Assembly (NCBI GenBank): GCA_951406725.2
Contig: OX597836.1
Span: forward strand, 25,854,001 to 25,918,000
From: Octopus vulgaris
Lineage: Eukaryota
DNA: 64,000 nt
Reading direction: 5' to 3'
Position 1 is the stretch's first letter; each line of letters begins with the position of its first letter. Positions 45,029 to 58,750 of the stretch are shown here, in pieces. The position numbers and the translations under genes are program-made. Below the pieces are notes generated by a model. The model did not search any database and was not told where the DNA came from. It saw only the letters and a program-made list of their open reading frames with translations.

Positions 45029-45083
<55 letters not shown>

Positions 45084-45143
45084 CCTATCTATCTACCTAC
45101 CTACCTACCTACCTACCTACCTACCAACCTACATACATACATA

Positions 45144-45195
<52 letters not shown>

Positions 45196-46355
45196 TACAA
45201 AATTAAGAGGAATGACCACGTCAAATCGCCATTACCATGAAGGTCTATGTTTAGTATATTAGGTGTTCACTTTAGTGGTCATTCCTCTTACATTTGTATG
45301 TAATTTTTAATCCTCAGATTTTTTTAAATATGCTAGGTCATTGGTTTTAATTGATTGATATTAGTTTCTACCCTTATTATTTAATTTTAAATACAAAAAA
45401 TGTTCTCTAACCGGTAAATTGTCTGCAGAAATTTATTAACCGCAGAGTAATTTCCGGCCTCAGTGCGCCAAAGTGAAGTCATTTAAAAATACACCCAAAT
45501 ATAAATTGTAGAACTTTATACATTCTCGATTTCGGTTGAGCGTTCTGTATCTAGTTCTGGAAATTGTGTTTTGTAAGCGACAGACTATGCTGACGATCTT
45601 GCAGATATTTGCTTGTTTGCATACGAAGATATTAACTTGTGAAACCATTGGTACGTAGGTAATCGTTTTTCATTTCGTATATTTTCATTTGTCTTGCTTA
45701 TTTTACATTTTAGCGTTTTGCTGAGATTTTTCTTGAGAACACATTCTTCGTGGTAATGGCGATTTGACGTCTATGTTTAGCATATAAGGTGTCCACTTTG
45801 TGGTCATTCCTCTACAGAGGAGGACAGGTGGTGAAGGTGTTGGAAAAGCACCATAAGGGAGTACCTTTAGCCTGCACACCGGATCCCGAATGGCCTCCGC
45901 AGATAGCTGTGGAGATCATAAGGTTGCCCGTGTTGCGTAGGCAGAAGGGATTCAATGAAGAATATCGCTTGTGGCCAGGCGACGCCGACACGGCACCCGC
46001 TTTGTGCTTGAATGAGGCGTGGGTGATCTCGGGGAGGAATATGGACAAGAGGTTGAAAAGCCTCGGTGTTATTAAAAGTTCCTAGTTGGGAAAAAAGTAA
46101 GAGGCCTAGTGCCTCATTTTGTTATTGAATATTGTGAACAGTGTAAGAGGTTTGTTGCCTCATGAATGATATATAAGAGATCAATGTTCTCGGGAAAAAT
46201 CGATCGGCGGGCATCGCTTCTTTCCCTCATTAATCCTCAGTTTCATTTTTTATTTTATATAACATTATGTCTGTGTCCAGCCCGCAGCTTCCTTTCTCTA
46301 TGTTAGGCCTTTATGGCCAATATAATGATATAGTGAAATAAAGAAGCCTGATTCC

Positions 46356-46466
46356 TAACCACATGGCGTGGCATCTTGGGCAGATATTTTCTACTGCAGC
46401 CTCGGACCGACCATAGCCTTGTGAGTGGATTTGGTAGACGGAAATTGAAACAAGCCCATCGTATAT

Positions 46467-46513
<47 letters not shown>

Positions 46514-46672
46514 ATATATATGTATATGTATATATGTATGTAAGTATGTATGTGTGTATGTATGTATCTGTGTGTCTGTGTTTGTTCCTTCACCATCACT
46601 TGACAACCGATTAAAGGCGGTGTTCCAGCATGGCCGCAGTCAAAATGACTGAAACAAGTAAAAGAGTAAAAG
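46356..46672 (+). mobile_element. SINE family A with internal deletion
   Basis: TTGACAACCGAT is joined directly to TAAAGGCGGTG (~100 bp lost between CGAT microhomologies). Confidence 0.85.
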
Positions 46673-46729
<57 letters not shown>

Positions 46730-46806
46730 CACACACACACCCACATATATTTACATCTATGTATCTATTTCTTTGTCTATTTGTGATATGTGTGTTTATT
46801 TGTATG

Positions 46807-46861
<55 letters not shown>

Positions 46862-47670
46862 GTGTGTGTATGTATAGAGATAATGAGAGAGAGAGAGAGA
46901 GAGTGAGTGAGTGAGAGAGGGAGAAAGAGAGAGAGAGAGAGAGAGAAGTGTAAATATATTTCTATATAAAAAAAATGTGAACTATTCTGTCGGATTTTCA
47001 TATGTGCACATCAGAACTGAAAGGAATGCGAGCCAGTGTTTGTACAGCATTCATGAACACGAGTCATGGCTGAAACGTTGACCATTCACGTACCGATCAC
47101 GTGTTCCCTATTTAAGTCTAACATTTGAACTGAAGATTCCAGTTCAATGAAGCTACATACGTATTCATTTATTGAATTCAATTGCTGTGTCGTGTCTTCT
47201 GAAGTTATCGTCGCTCACTGTTTATATTCTTGTTCTTATAACAGCAACTGGTGTGATGAATAGCGACAATTAACCTTCCAATAACTTTTCTAACGATCAG
47301 CTATGAATAGGTGATCAATGATATTGATTTCCTTTGAAAATATATCGTATCCTATTTTCGAATGATAGCCAATAAAGAATAAAGTGTTCTGTTACCAGTA
47401 ACGCTTCAGGACTGATTGGAACGTACGATCCGTGAGACGCTAGTGGAACACATTACTCATACAGCCATTTGGTTTCAATCTCAGCTAATGCAGTTCACAT
47501 GTGGTTAATGTATTTCTTGATGTTAGTTACATTAAATATGAAATATTCGCTTCTCGCTAACCACCAGTTTTCTTCATGCTTCGTCAGAAAATTTCATATC
47601 AGACATCAACAATTGAGAAAAAAAAAGCCTTTCACACACTTGTATATTGCAGCTTCATGTATGTTTATAT

Positions 47671-47737
<67 letters not shown>

Positions 47738-47844
47738 GGCTCTATGCATAAATATGTGTATGTGTGTGTGTTTATATAAATACTCACACCCGTATATATG
47801 TATGTATTTGTTATTCTTTTATATGTTTCAGCCTGAATGCTGTG

Positions 47845-47889
<45 letters not shown>

Positions 47890-47906
47890 CACATATATAC
47901 ACACGC

Positions 47907-47938
<32 letters not shown>

Positions 47939-48111
47939 ATTGCGCTGTTTGATGGTTCACTGTTCTACGAGTGTTGACCAAGCGAGAAGAGGAATCTTCA
48001 TTAATTCCACTACGATTTTCACCATTCGTTCCATCAAGCGGTAGTAATTTATGGAAACATATACGCACACAGCCACACACAGACACACGCGAACACACAC
48101 ACGCACACAAC

Positions 48112-48153
<42 letters not shown>

Positions 48154-48160
48154 TAAATAT

Positions 48161-48221
<61 letters not shown>

Positions 48222-48366
48222 AAAAAAGAATTTCGTTGAAGACATTTTACCCGGATGGTGAGTTGTAGTGAAAAATATATATAAAAAAGGGAAACGCACA
48301 AAATTTATTCATTTTTAATATATGCTGAAGGATAGGGTATTATGACAGTCGACCGGTTTCGCTTTT

Positions 48367-48405
<39 letters not shown>

Positions 48406-48408
<3 letters not shown>

Positions 48409-48935
48409 GTGTAATAAATAAAATATATGCATACATACAAACATATATGTACGTACCTACATCTACATGTATATATACATGCATATATAAATATATATAG
48501 GTGTGTACAGGACACCACAAATAGACGTAGAACTCAACGAGAAACGAAAACGTAAAAACAGCATGGAACGGATCATTTTTTTAACAACGAAAAAACAGAG
48601 TACAAGACAACTACACAAGGAAAAATCCCCTTCATCAGCTGTCCCTTCACCTTCGAAACACGCTGGAGTTGAACTAGGGACAGCTGATGAAGGGGATTTT
48701 TCCTTGTGTAGTTGTCTTGTACTCTGTTTTTTCGTTGTTAAAAAAATGGTCTTGTTAAAAAAATGGTCCGTTCCATGCTGTTTTTACGTTTTCGTTTCTC
48801 GTTGAGTTCTACGTCTATTTGTGGTGTCCTGTACACACGTATATATATATTTATATATGCATGTATATATACATGTAGATGTAGGTACGTACATATATGT
48901 TTGTATGTATGCATATATTATATTTATTACACTAT
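48406..48935. repeat. Long inverted repeat (~240 bp arms, ~29 nt spacer)
   Basis: 48406-48646 matches the reverse complement of 48676-48935. The right arm has a duplicated TTGTTAAAAAAATGGTC. The whole unit lies between (TA)n tracts. Confidence 0.95.
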
Positions 48936-49014
48936 TGTATGACTGAGCGCCTTCGCGTCGATTCGATTCGATTCGTTTGGTTTCGTTTGGTTTCGTTTCT
49001 TCTCTAAGCTGGTT

Positions 49015-49078
<64 letters not shown>

Positions 49079-49455
49079 TACACTGTATGCCGTGGTGTGT
49101 TTTATGTTGTTTTGGCCCTATGTATCTTGTAACTTAACGTTTCGAAACATAGAGCTAGATAAAACAAGTGAAAGATTCAAAGAAGGACCGCTTTAGATAG
49201 GATTGACTAAAGCGTTAAAAGTGATGCTCCAGCATGGCCTCAGTACAATAAATGAAACCAGTAAAATGGTACACACACACACATTTATATATTTATAATA
49301 AATTTAAAAGTGAATGGAGTGACGAAGGTGTCGTACTTGTCACATGTCAATTTCGTAATAGCCGTACACGAAACTCTAGGTTCTTGAGTCACTTTGTAAT
49401 GCGTTTTACCGATTAGTATATATACATATGCACAAACACACACTCTCCCTCTCCT

Positions 49456-49491
<36 letters not shown>

Positions 49492-50044
49492 ACACCCACA
49501 CCCACACCCACACACACACACACTCAAACACAAACACACACACCAAAAATATCGCCAACATCCGCATCTGCTTGCATACACATGCACATAGACGCATACA
49601 TACATGCATACATACATGTGTCTTGTGCATTTGGTTCTTCCCTACCAACACATTCTGCCCTTCACAACTATCTGCCTGTATTTTACCGTAACACAATTTT
49701 AATCTTCTTGTACTGATCGGAATCAGTTCAAAAAAACCGAACGGGAGAAAAATTGAAAGAAGAGATCAGAAATAGGAAGAGAAAGGCAAAGAACAATGCT
49801 TTGAAAAAAAGGCAAGTTTAAAAAAAAAATGTTAGGAGATGTATTGTAGTTGGAAAAATAAGTAGTTCTGTGGAAGTATTGATTTCATAAATATTGTAAA
49901 GTTACGACGTTATGTTTAGCTGTTCTTATTGGATACGTAAATATGGCTAACAATATAGGTTAAGACAGCAAAGTAAAAACGAAGATAAATGTAACACTGA
50001 GTAAGAATAGAGAGATTGATAGGTAGACAGATGAATAATAGATA

Positions 50045-50094
<50 letters not shown>

Positions 50095-50479
50095 AATAGA
50101 TGAAAGTATATTTGAAGGCATAAAAGTATAAATGCACAATGAAGTATAATGTATGAGAGAAGGGAAGAAAAAACATAAACGATATATATCCGGGTCTTTT
50201 TTAATATCAGGAAAACAATGTAGAGGAGGATAGTGGGAGGGGAAGGAAGGAAGGAGAGGCTGCGAATGAGAAAGGAGAGACCGAAAGGAGGAGGAGGAGG
50301 AGATGGAAGGGAAGGAGGTTGTAATTAATGACGAAACCAAAAAAAAAACATTTGAAAAAAAAAAAAAATGCAGTAACTTTTCTATCTTGGTTTTACTAAT
50401 GCATTTAAATTTTCAATAACGACTGGGAGACTCAAAATCTCTTAAATTTAAAATGTAAACGTGTGTGCGTAGAGCATTA

Positions 50480-50513
<34 letters not shown>

Positions 50514-50938
50514 ATGCGTGCGTGAAACATTAATGTGTGTGTGTAAGAGTAGTGTAGTTTCCATGGAAGATTTTCTGAATTTTTTTAAAATAATGCCAAA
50601 ACAACGTAGGCTATAAAAAATTTCTAATACGACGGCTAGAACTATTGCGCCTGGTATTTCAACGTATAAAGGTTAGTATTAATTCTCCATAACTTACTTT
50701 CCGTTAGCTTTAAAAAATATTTAAAGCGATTTTCTGTATATATGTATATATATATATATATATATATACATATATCGAAAGCGTATATTGTTATAAAATG
50801 CTCGAAATACGAGACTAGAAAAACAGCCAACAACTGAAAAAGGGTCGTTGTTCGAAAGAATAGTTCATGTTCCCTGCACCCGTATTTCGTACATTCTCTT
50901 TTTTTGCGTGTTTTGTGATGTCCTGTGCCCACATATGC

Positions 50939-50978
<40 letters not shown>

Positions 50979-51002
50979 ATGTTCATATACGTATGTATAT
51001 AT

Positions 51003-51042
<40 letters not shown>

Positions 51043-51067
51043 GAGAGAGAGAGAGAGAGAGAGGGAT

Positions 51068-51153
<86 letters not shown>

Positions 51154-51540
51154 GTTATTTATATATATATATAAGAAATACAAAATGGGACAAGAACGCA
51201 TAACATCCATGTGCTGTTTTTTCCGTCCTTGTTTTCGCATACATTCGCTGCTTTGTTCCAAGGAATCTAATGCTCTTAGCTTAGTTTTTCCTTATAGCCG
51301 GCCAGATTGGTGCAATCTCCAGTATAAGCAACCGAAATTGCAAAGATAATCTGGAACTCGACTGAGGAAAGAAAACTCCGAATGACCCGACAGAAAGGAA
51401 CACAGAAATAAACAGGGTGAGAAAATAAAAAGGGTTTAGTGGCTAGCGATCTATCATGGCGAATGCCGGACAGAGGGGTCACACAGGACATATACACATA
51501 TACATACATGCATAAATACATATATATATGTGTGTTTGTG

Positions 51541-51584
<44 letters not shown>

Positions 51585-52379
51585 CACACATATACATATA
51601 CATATGCGTTAAGTCATTTTGAATGTCCTTTACTTTGAAGTTCATGAATTCATCTGGCGAAAACGGGTTTCTTTATAACAGTGTAATGCTTTCATTAATC
51701 AATTAAAGAAGTCGTTAGAAACGGCCATAATGGTTTGACATCTGTACCTCTGTCTCTCTCTATATTTATAGACAGAGAGATAGAGAGTGGGAGAGCAAGG
51801 GGAAGAGAGAGAATGTGATTGTGATTTCAAGTTTCGCCTGTCTAGAGACTCATTGTTCAAACAGTGAAAAAGGTGAGAATACAGACTGTTATTTCTACTT
51901 GAAAAACAAAAAGATAAAAAGACTATAAAAATTATTACAGCAGTTTTGAGAGATGTATTTTGGGTTAGATGACTTGAGTAATTTTGAAATTGTATCGGAT
52001 TGTTAGGCGAGGAAACTGGCTAAAATTGAAGATAAAGGAATTTATAGCCTTTTCTATACCTTTTAATAGAATCGTTAATGTTTATTGTCTGCAGGTATGT
52101 TCACTGTTTCCGTGTCTCGAGACTGGTAAAGCTTTTGAAGACTCAATCAGCGTTTGTATAAAAGTCATTCGCTTCTATCGCCTGCAGTAAATATTGTTAT
52201 TTCATATCAATTAATAGCCGTGAATGTTCTTTAAATCATTCGAACGGATTTCGGAGAACTGTTTCCGAACTTGATACAAGTGTTTCTTTTATTTTCGCGA
52301 TGACGAATACACTGATGCTTCTACGGAAAAGTTTTCTTTAAAAAAAACTCAGAACGGTAAACTTCATTTCAGGGATTAG

Positions 52380-52461
<82 letters not shown>

Positions 52462-52684
52462 CAATGCATCTAGTTTTTTAACCCTCAGGAAAACTTCTTC
52501 CCTAGCTGGTTAACGACATAGCCTGCGAACTCCTACCATCTAACGCTTTGACAGGGCCATTCCTCAGTACTGGACAACTATCCGCAAGAGATGCCAGTCG
52601 TTCTACCTAGCTTGCAATATATAGAAAAATAAGCGAAATCAGATGCTGAATATTCCTCAATTATCCCCAGAAGGACCACAGCAG

Positions 52685-52870
52685 TGTCATCTTCCCCCCT
52701 CTCCCTTACTGTTGTATTCTATGTACACTTCGCTTCTATCATTGTAAAAGTGTATATTTTTCGTTTTGTTTTCTTTTTCTTTATTATTCCATTATATGTA
52801 AACTTCACCACTTTATGTCTGTCTTTTCATTGTCCCTGTGACCCTTCGCCTTCGTGGCAAATAAAAGAAA
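52685..52870 (+). mobile_element. Probable 3' UTR of a Tx1/L1-like LINE
   Basis: Pyrimidine-rich stretch ending TGTCCCTGTG..GTGGCAAATAAAAGAAA, similar to the end of 5082-5638. Confidence 0.4.
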
Positions 52871-52890
52871 TTATTATTATTATTATTATT

Positions 52891-53269
52891 CTATGTTTGA
52901 CTTTTGCTTTACATTTGTACAAGCTGGCTCCAAGTCTCACCCAGAGACCTCAAGAGACAACCGGTTGGAAGTTCATGTTGTTGTTATGCCTAGTGTGCCA
53001 TATATTTGGTTTTGTATTTAGTGTTGTACTAGTGAATGTCTAAAAAAACCATACGAAACTTATGCTTGTTTTAAAACTTGAGATTACATAGAAAGTATTT
53101 TGCGTAGGATATGAGCAGTTCCCACGAGCATTATCTTTTGAATTTCTGCCATCTTTGGGTTTCCTGGTATCTGAATTAGATAGCAATCAGCCACTTTTGC
53201 TATCATTCCCAGTGCACCTATGACAACAGGTATTGTTTTAGTCTTCAGGTTCCACATTTTGCTGATTTC

Positions 53270-53270
<1 letters not shown>
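52891..53270 (-). mobile_element. 3' fragment of R4/Dong-like LINE in (TAA)n
   Basis: EISKMWNLKTKTIPVVIGALGMIAK..IQKIMLVGTAHILRKILSM* plus 3' UTR. (ATT)n immediately on both sides. Confidence 0.88.
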
Positions 53271-53341
<71 letters not shown>

Positions 53342-54299
53342 CATTGTCAAGAAGCAGAGGCATAAATCACCAAGCACTTTATTATATACTGCCAAGATAA
53401 ATGATTGTTGAATTATAAAATAAAAACGAGCAGCTTCAGTTAGAATTGATTGATCGTTTTTGCAATGGTTTTATTTAAACCCCATAAACCACCAAACATG
53501 AAAGAAAGAGAGATTGCTCGAAACAATATGCATTCTTACGTTTGTATGGAAGTCTATAAAAAGAGTCCATCTGTGTGTTTGTATATGTGTGTGTGTGTGT
53601 GTGCGTTAGCAGATTACACTCCGTAATGTATGAAGATGTGTGCGTAAAACTGTGTTTCTGCACGTGTCAATGTGTGCGCATGCGTATGTGTGTGTATTTA
53701 TGTATGTAACTCTACCATTGTCTGAACTTCTGTGTTTGTGTGTAGCGTGTGTGTGTTTGTGTTTGTGTGTGCGTGTTTAATACCAGGGTACATTTCTTAA
53801 CGCTTCCAGACCGATTTATATTCGGTTACTAAAAGATTTTATGAAATGAAATAACATTAAATTAAATTAAATCTTAAGATAAAAAAAAATAGGCAACCCC
53901 AAATCAAACCGTTTCAAAACCACACGCACACACAAACCACAAACCCATACACAAGCACTCACATTAACACACATCTGAAACAGTAACAACAGCAACAACA
54001 ACTGCAAGAACAACCAGAGTAAAATAACACCCGAAAAAATTTCATCTCCGCAACTTAGAAGTCGCAACAAACCCAATTAGATTTGAATAGAAATTGGGGA
54101 AAATAAAAGCCAAATTTGTCGGTCTTTACATCTCTCTACCTCAATTACTTCCATTTTCTTTTCTTTTCCTCCAGTTTTTTTTATCATAATTCTTTTTGAT
54201 TTCCCCCTCTCTCGCTCTCCTACCTTTTTTGTTCGTTTTTCATATCACCTTTTCCTTCTTCTTATCCTCCTTCTTCCTTTTATTCTGTCATTCTCCCCC

Positions 54300-54358
<59 letters not shown>

Positions 54359-54360
54359 TC

Positions 54361-54402
<42 letters not shown>

Positions 54403-54456
54403 TACTATTATTTCTATTATTATTATTATTACTATTATTTCTATTATTATTATTAT

Positions 54457-54499
<43 letters not shown>

Positions 54500-54540
54500 G
54501 CTACTATTATCATCATCATTATTATTGTTATTATTATTAT
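54300..54540. repeat. (TAT)n/(TAC)n array
   Basis: Direct reading of the sequence. Confidence 0.97.
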
Positions 54541-54863
54541 TTTTTGCTTTTCTCTTTTTTCCCCGCGACTATTCTTTTTCATTACATTTTATTTTATTAC
54601 TTTGTTAATCCCTATTTTTCATTCCCTTTTTAATTACCCACTCCTACTTCCTGTTCTCTCCTTGTTCTCTCTCACTCTTTCTGTTTCTTTTTCTCTCCTG
54701 TTGGTGGTCCAACAATCAGGTCACTTAGATTATCGATTTATATCGAACACACTCCAATTTATCATTTTCAAATTTAGTTCAACCATTTTATGCTTTTTCA
54801 CTCTCTCTCCCCCTCTCCTCGCCTCGCTCTCCCGCTCTCCCTCTATCTCTCTTTCTCTCTACT

Positions 54864-54965
<102 letters not shown>

Positions 54966-56005
54966 CATATGTTTTTTATCTTTTATCTTTTACTTGTTCC
55001 AATTATTGGACAGCAGCCACGTTGGAGCACAGCCTTGAAGGAGTTTAGTAGAATGCAATTTATAAGCCTGTTACTTAACGTATCGGTCTTTTGCCGAGTC
55101 GGTGGGATACGGGGTTGTAAACAAACCAATACAAGTTGTGAAGCAGTGAGGGGGTCTAACGCAAACAGAGAAACATTATATTACTATATAATAGCAATCT
55201 TCATATCCTACTTAACGTAGATGAATTATACAACCCCTCGTAATACAGCAGCATTCGTCACGAAAGAGCATCTCTTATAGACGTATAGTGCTTGAAAGCA
55301 CAGAAATATCTGTAGAAAGGTGAAAATTGTCCACCACCGGTGCTACAGGCCAGCGCTCTTTTACAAAGATGCGGCGACTATGGGTACCTGTTGCAGCAGG
55401 TATTAACAGAGTTTAACATCCACGCTAACGCCTGACTTCATTCTGTCCTGGAATTTTTCATTAATTGTTTTGCCTTTGTCGGCAAATACTTTCCATCTTA
55501 GTTCGCAATAAATAGGCGTACGTACATACATACATACATACATACATACATACATACATACATACATACATACATACATACATACATACATACATACATA
55601 CATACATACATACATACATACATACATACATACATACACATACAATTGTTATTTGCACATACTAGAGCGAGGTCTGGAACGATTGTTCATATATATATAT
55701 TCTAACACATGTTGATAGTCAGTTTTCAAATATGCTTCTCATTATAGTGCAGGTCATAGAATAACTCATTATTTCACGAAGACGAATTTTTTTCAACCCA
55801 CTCGGCTCCTTGGCGCAAGGCATTCTGGGACACTGATGTTTCGACACGTTTCTCGTTAGCCAGGGTTCGCCGGAGTTTCGAGCCTACAGAAGTCATTCTC
55901 CTCTGATTTAAACTGCAGCGACCAGCATATTTTGCGTTTGAATCTGCCTAGACGTGTTCAGAATAAATAAACGAATAATCGTTATATATTTATATGTTTA
56001 TGTAT

Positions 56006-56046
<41 letters not shown>

Positions 56047-56054
56047 CATATATA

Positions 56055-56100
<46 letters not shown>

Positions 56101-56389
56101 GACGCGTGTGTGTGTATCATATTCTCACTTTTATCACTGAATCAATAATGAAGCAAAATTCAATAACTTATCTAAAGTAGTTTAGATAAGATTCTTTTGA
56201 CGACCATTTTTTTTTTCTAAGCAGATGGTCCAAAAGATAAAATCAGGAATACCACATTCCGGAGACAAAATTTTGTTTTAAGATCGGAGAAACGCATCGA
56301 TTGTGACCATTCGCTATCTCTCTACAAAATGTATTTGTGTACTGCCTCCACACCTGGAATTTCAAGGAGTAATATTGTAATAGATAACG

Positions 56390-56640
56390 AGTGACTCTGT
56401 GGTAAGTAGCTTGCTTACGAACCACATGGTTCCGGGTTCAGTCATACTGCGTGGCACCTTGGGCAAGCGTCTTCTACTATAACCTCGGGTTGACCAAAGC
56501 CTTGTGAGTGGATTTGGTAGACGGAAACTAAAAGAAGCCCGTCTTATATATGTATATATATGTGTGTGTGTGTGTGTATATGCTTGTGTGTCTGTGTTTG
56601 TCCCCCCAACATTGCTTGACAACCGATGCTGGTGTGTTTA
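56390..56640 (+). mobile_element. SINE family A, 3'-truncated
   Basis: Matches the family A 5' two-thirds. Confidence 0.85.
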
Positions 56641-56902
56641 CACCGGTGCAAGATATACTCACATTTGCACATCTGTCCAATGTTCAAGCTGCATCCAGAC
56701 GAAGGTTATTTTTTGCAGATTTTCCCCTCCTCGCTAGCAATTCCTTGTTTGTTTCTACCTCTCAAGTCAAAACAAGCCTTTGTTTATACACTGCATCTGC
56801 TTGTTTTGGTTTTTCGTACTGGTCATATAACCGTGAGCTGCTTTTACAGCAACAGCAGCAGTAGCAGTAGCAGCAGTAGTAGTAGTATTATATAAACAAT
56901 TT

Positions 56903-57131
56903 GGCGACGAGCAGGCAGAAACGTTAGCACGCCGGGCTAAATACTTAGCAGTATGTCGTCCATCGCTACGTTCTGGGTTCAAATTCCGCCGAGGTTGACT
57001 TAGCCTTTCATACTTTCGGGGTCGATAAATAAAGTACTAGTTTCGCACTGGGGTCGATGTAATCGACTTAATCCCTTTGTCTGTCCTTGTTTGTCCCCTC
57101 TATGTTTAGCCCCTTGTGGGCAGTAAAGAAA
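56903..57131 (+). mobile_element. SINE family B, full length
   Basis: Head, core and CCCCTTGTGGGCAGTAAAGAAAT tail. Confidence 0.88.
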
Positions 57132-57491
57132 TATATAAAAACAATTTGGTTGCAGAGGTTTCGTCACCATTACACTGTAATCTCTAACTGACAGAGGCAC
57201 CGTTTCCTACTTACTCCACGCACACTGCTGTGTCTCACACTTTTTTCCTTCCACCAGAACGCCTCTAGCCGTCACTCCTGTTTCTCGCTTCGGTTTTTCA
57301 TATAATTATAACCCCCATGCCCCATAGTATCTCTGCTAAACATCAACCGCAATAAATTCCAAAATATTGGAAATAAAAGAGAACATGAACTCTGCCAATC
57401 CTCCAAAATCTAACTGATAATTACCAAGAAATTTTTACAGGCTTAGCAATTGTCAACTCCCACAAAACATACACATACGATATGACTGCAA

Positions 57492-57565
<74 letters not shown>

Positions 57566-58223
57566 GTGTGTGCGCGCGTGTGTGTTGCTGTATGTATGTG
57601 TGTTAGCGAGTGTGGTAATTGTATATTATTGAAACTATCACAGAAGTTATAAACGCAAATTATAAACAGGAAGATATACACATCAAGAAATTTCTAGCTA
57701 TGATATTATATATTTCATTGAATAAAATTATCGACTGCACATCCATCTCTAAATATACCAATATCAAACAATAGACCTATTGTCTTCAGTGAAGATCAAA
57801 TAAACAGCTATTACATAGCGATGAAGAAAACAGTCTCAAAAAGAGGATAATTTTAAACAACAGAAATTATTTCAACTCGCGAGCAAAATTATATTTACTT
57901 AAATACAATGATTATTTAAACCTAAGGCGCCTATATTTACGAGCAAATACATTAAGATCAAAAGAAGAATGGATAATCAACATTCTAAATAACACTGCAA
58001 CATTAAACAATATGAATCTACCCGGGAAAATACACCGGAACAACATGAAATGGCAATCGTTCCAGCCAGTATACTTACACTTAGAATTAACCAATGCTCA
58101 ATGTAAATTTTCATACAAATATGAATGTAATAATCTGACATACATGGACGACATTTATAAGACACTTTCCATAAGTCTGTCAAAACACACGATTTTTATA
58201 TAACTTTTGAATATATTTAACAC

Positions 58224-58635
58224 AGGCGCTAGCGTGGCTGTGTGGTAAGAAGCTTGCTTCCCAGCCACATGGTTCCGAATTCAGTCCTACTGTGTGGCAC
58301 CTTGGCCAAGTGTCTTCTACTGTAGCCTTGGGGGCTGACCAAAGACTTGTGAGTGGATTTCGTCAGGGGAAACTGAAGAAACCCGTCGTCTATCTATAGA
58401 TATATGTGTGTGCCTTTGTGTCTATGCTTCTTCCCTCCACCATCGCTGACAACCGATGTTGGTGTGTATTTACGCCCCCTTTAACTTAGCGGTTCGGCAA
58501 AAGAGACCGATAGAATAAGTACTAGGCTTACAAAGAATAAGTCCTGGGGTCGATTTGTCTGACTAAAAATACACTGTGAGGCGGTATTCCACCATGGCAG
58601 TAGCCAAATGACTGAAACACGTAATAGAATAAAAC
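58224..58635 (+). mobile_element. SINE family A, full length
   Basis: AGGCGCTAGCGTGGCTGTGTGG..AAATGACTGAAAC. Confidence 0.88.
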
Positions 58636-58678
58636 AATAAGACACAGATTATACACCTCCCCCACCCACTCCACCACA

Positions 58679-58734
<56 letters not shown>

Positions 58735-58750
58735 TATATGTATATATATA

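Noticed and set aside
45789-46085. 98-aa ORF in a GC-richer patch
   Set aside because: No recognisable motif in any frame. Probably a repeat fragment.
49135-49150. TTCGAAACAT motif
   Set aside because: It lies within a degenerate SINE A tail and is not a ribozyme.
55870-55906. Minus-strand CAGAGGA..CTC-GAAAC as a hammerhead
   Set aside because: Helix II pairs poorly and there is no palindrome or UH site.
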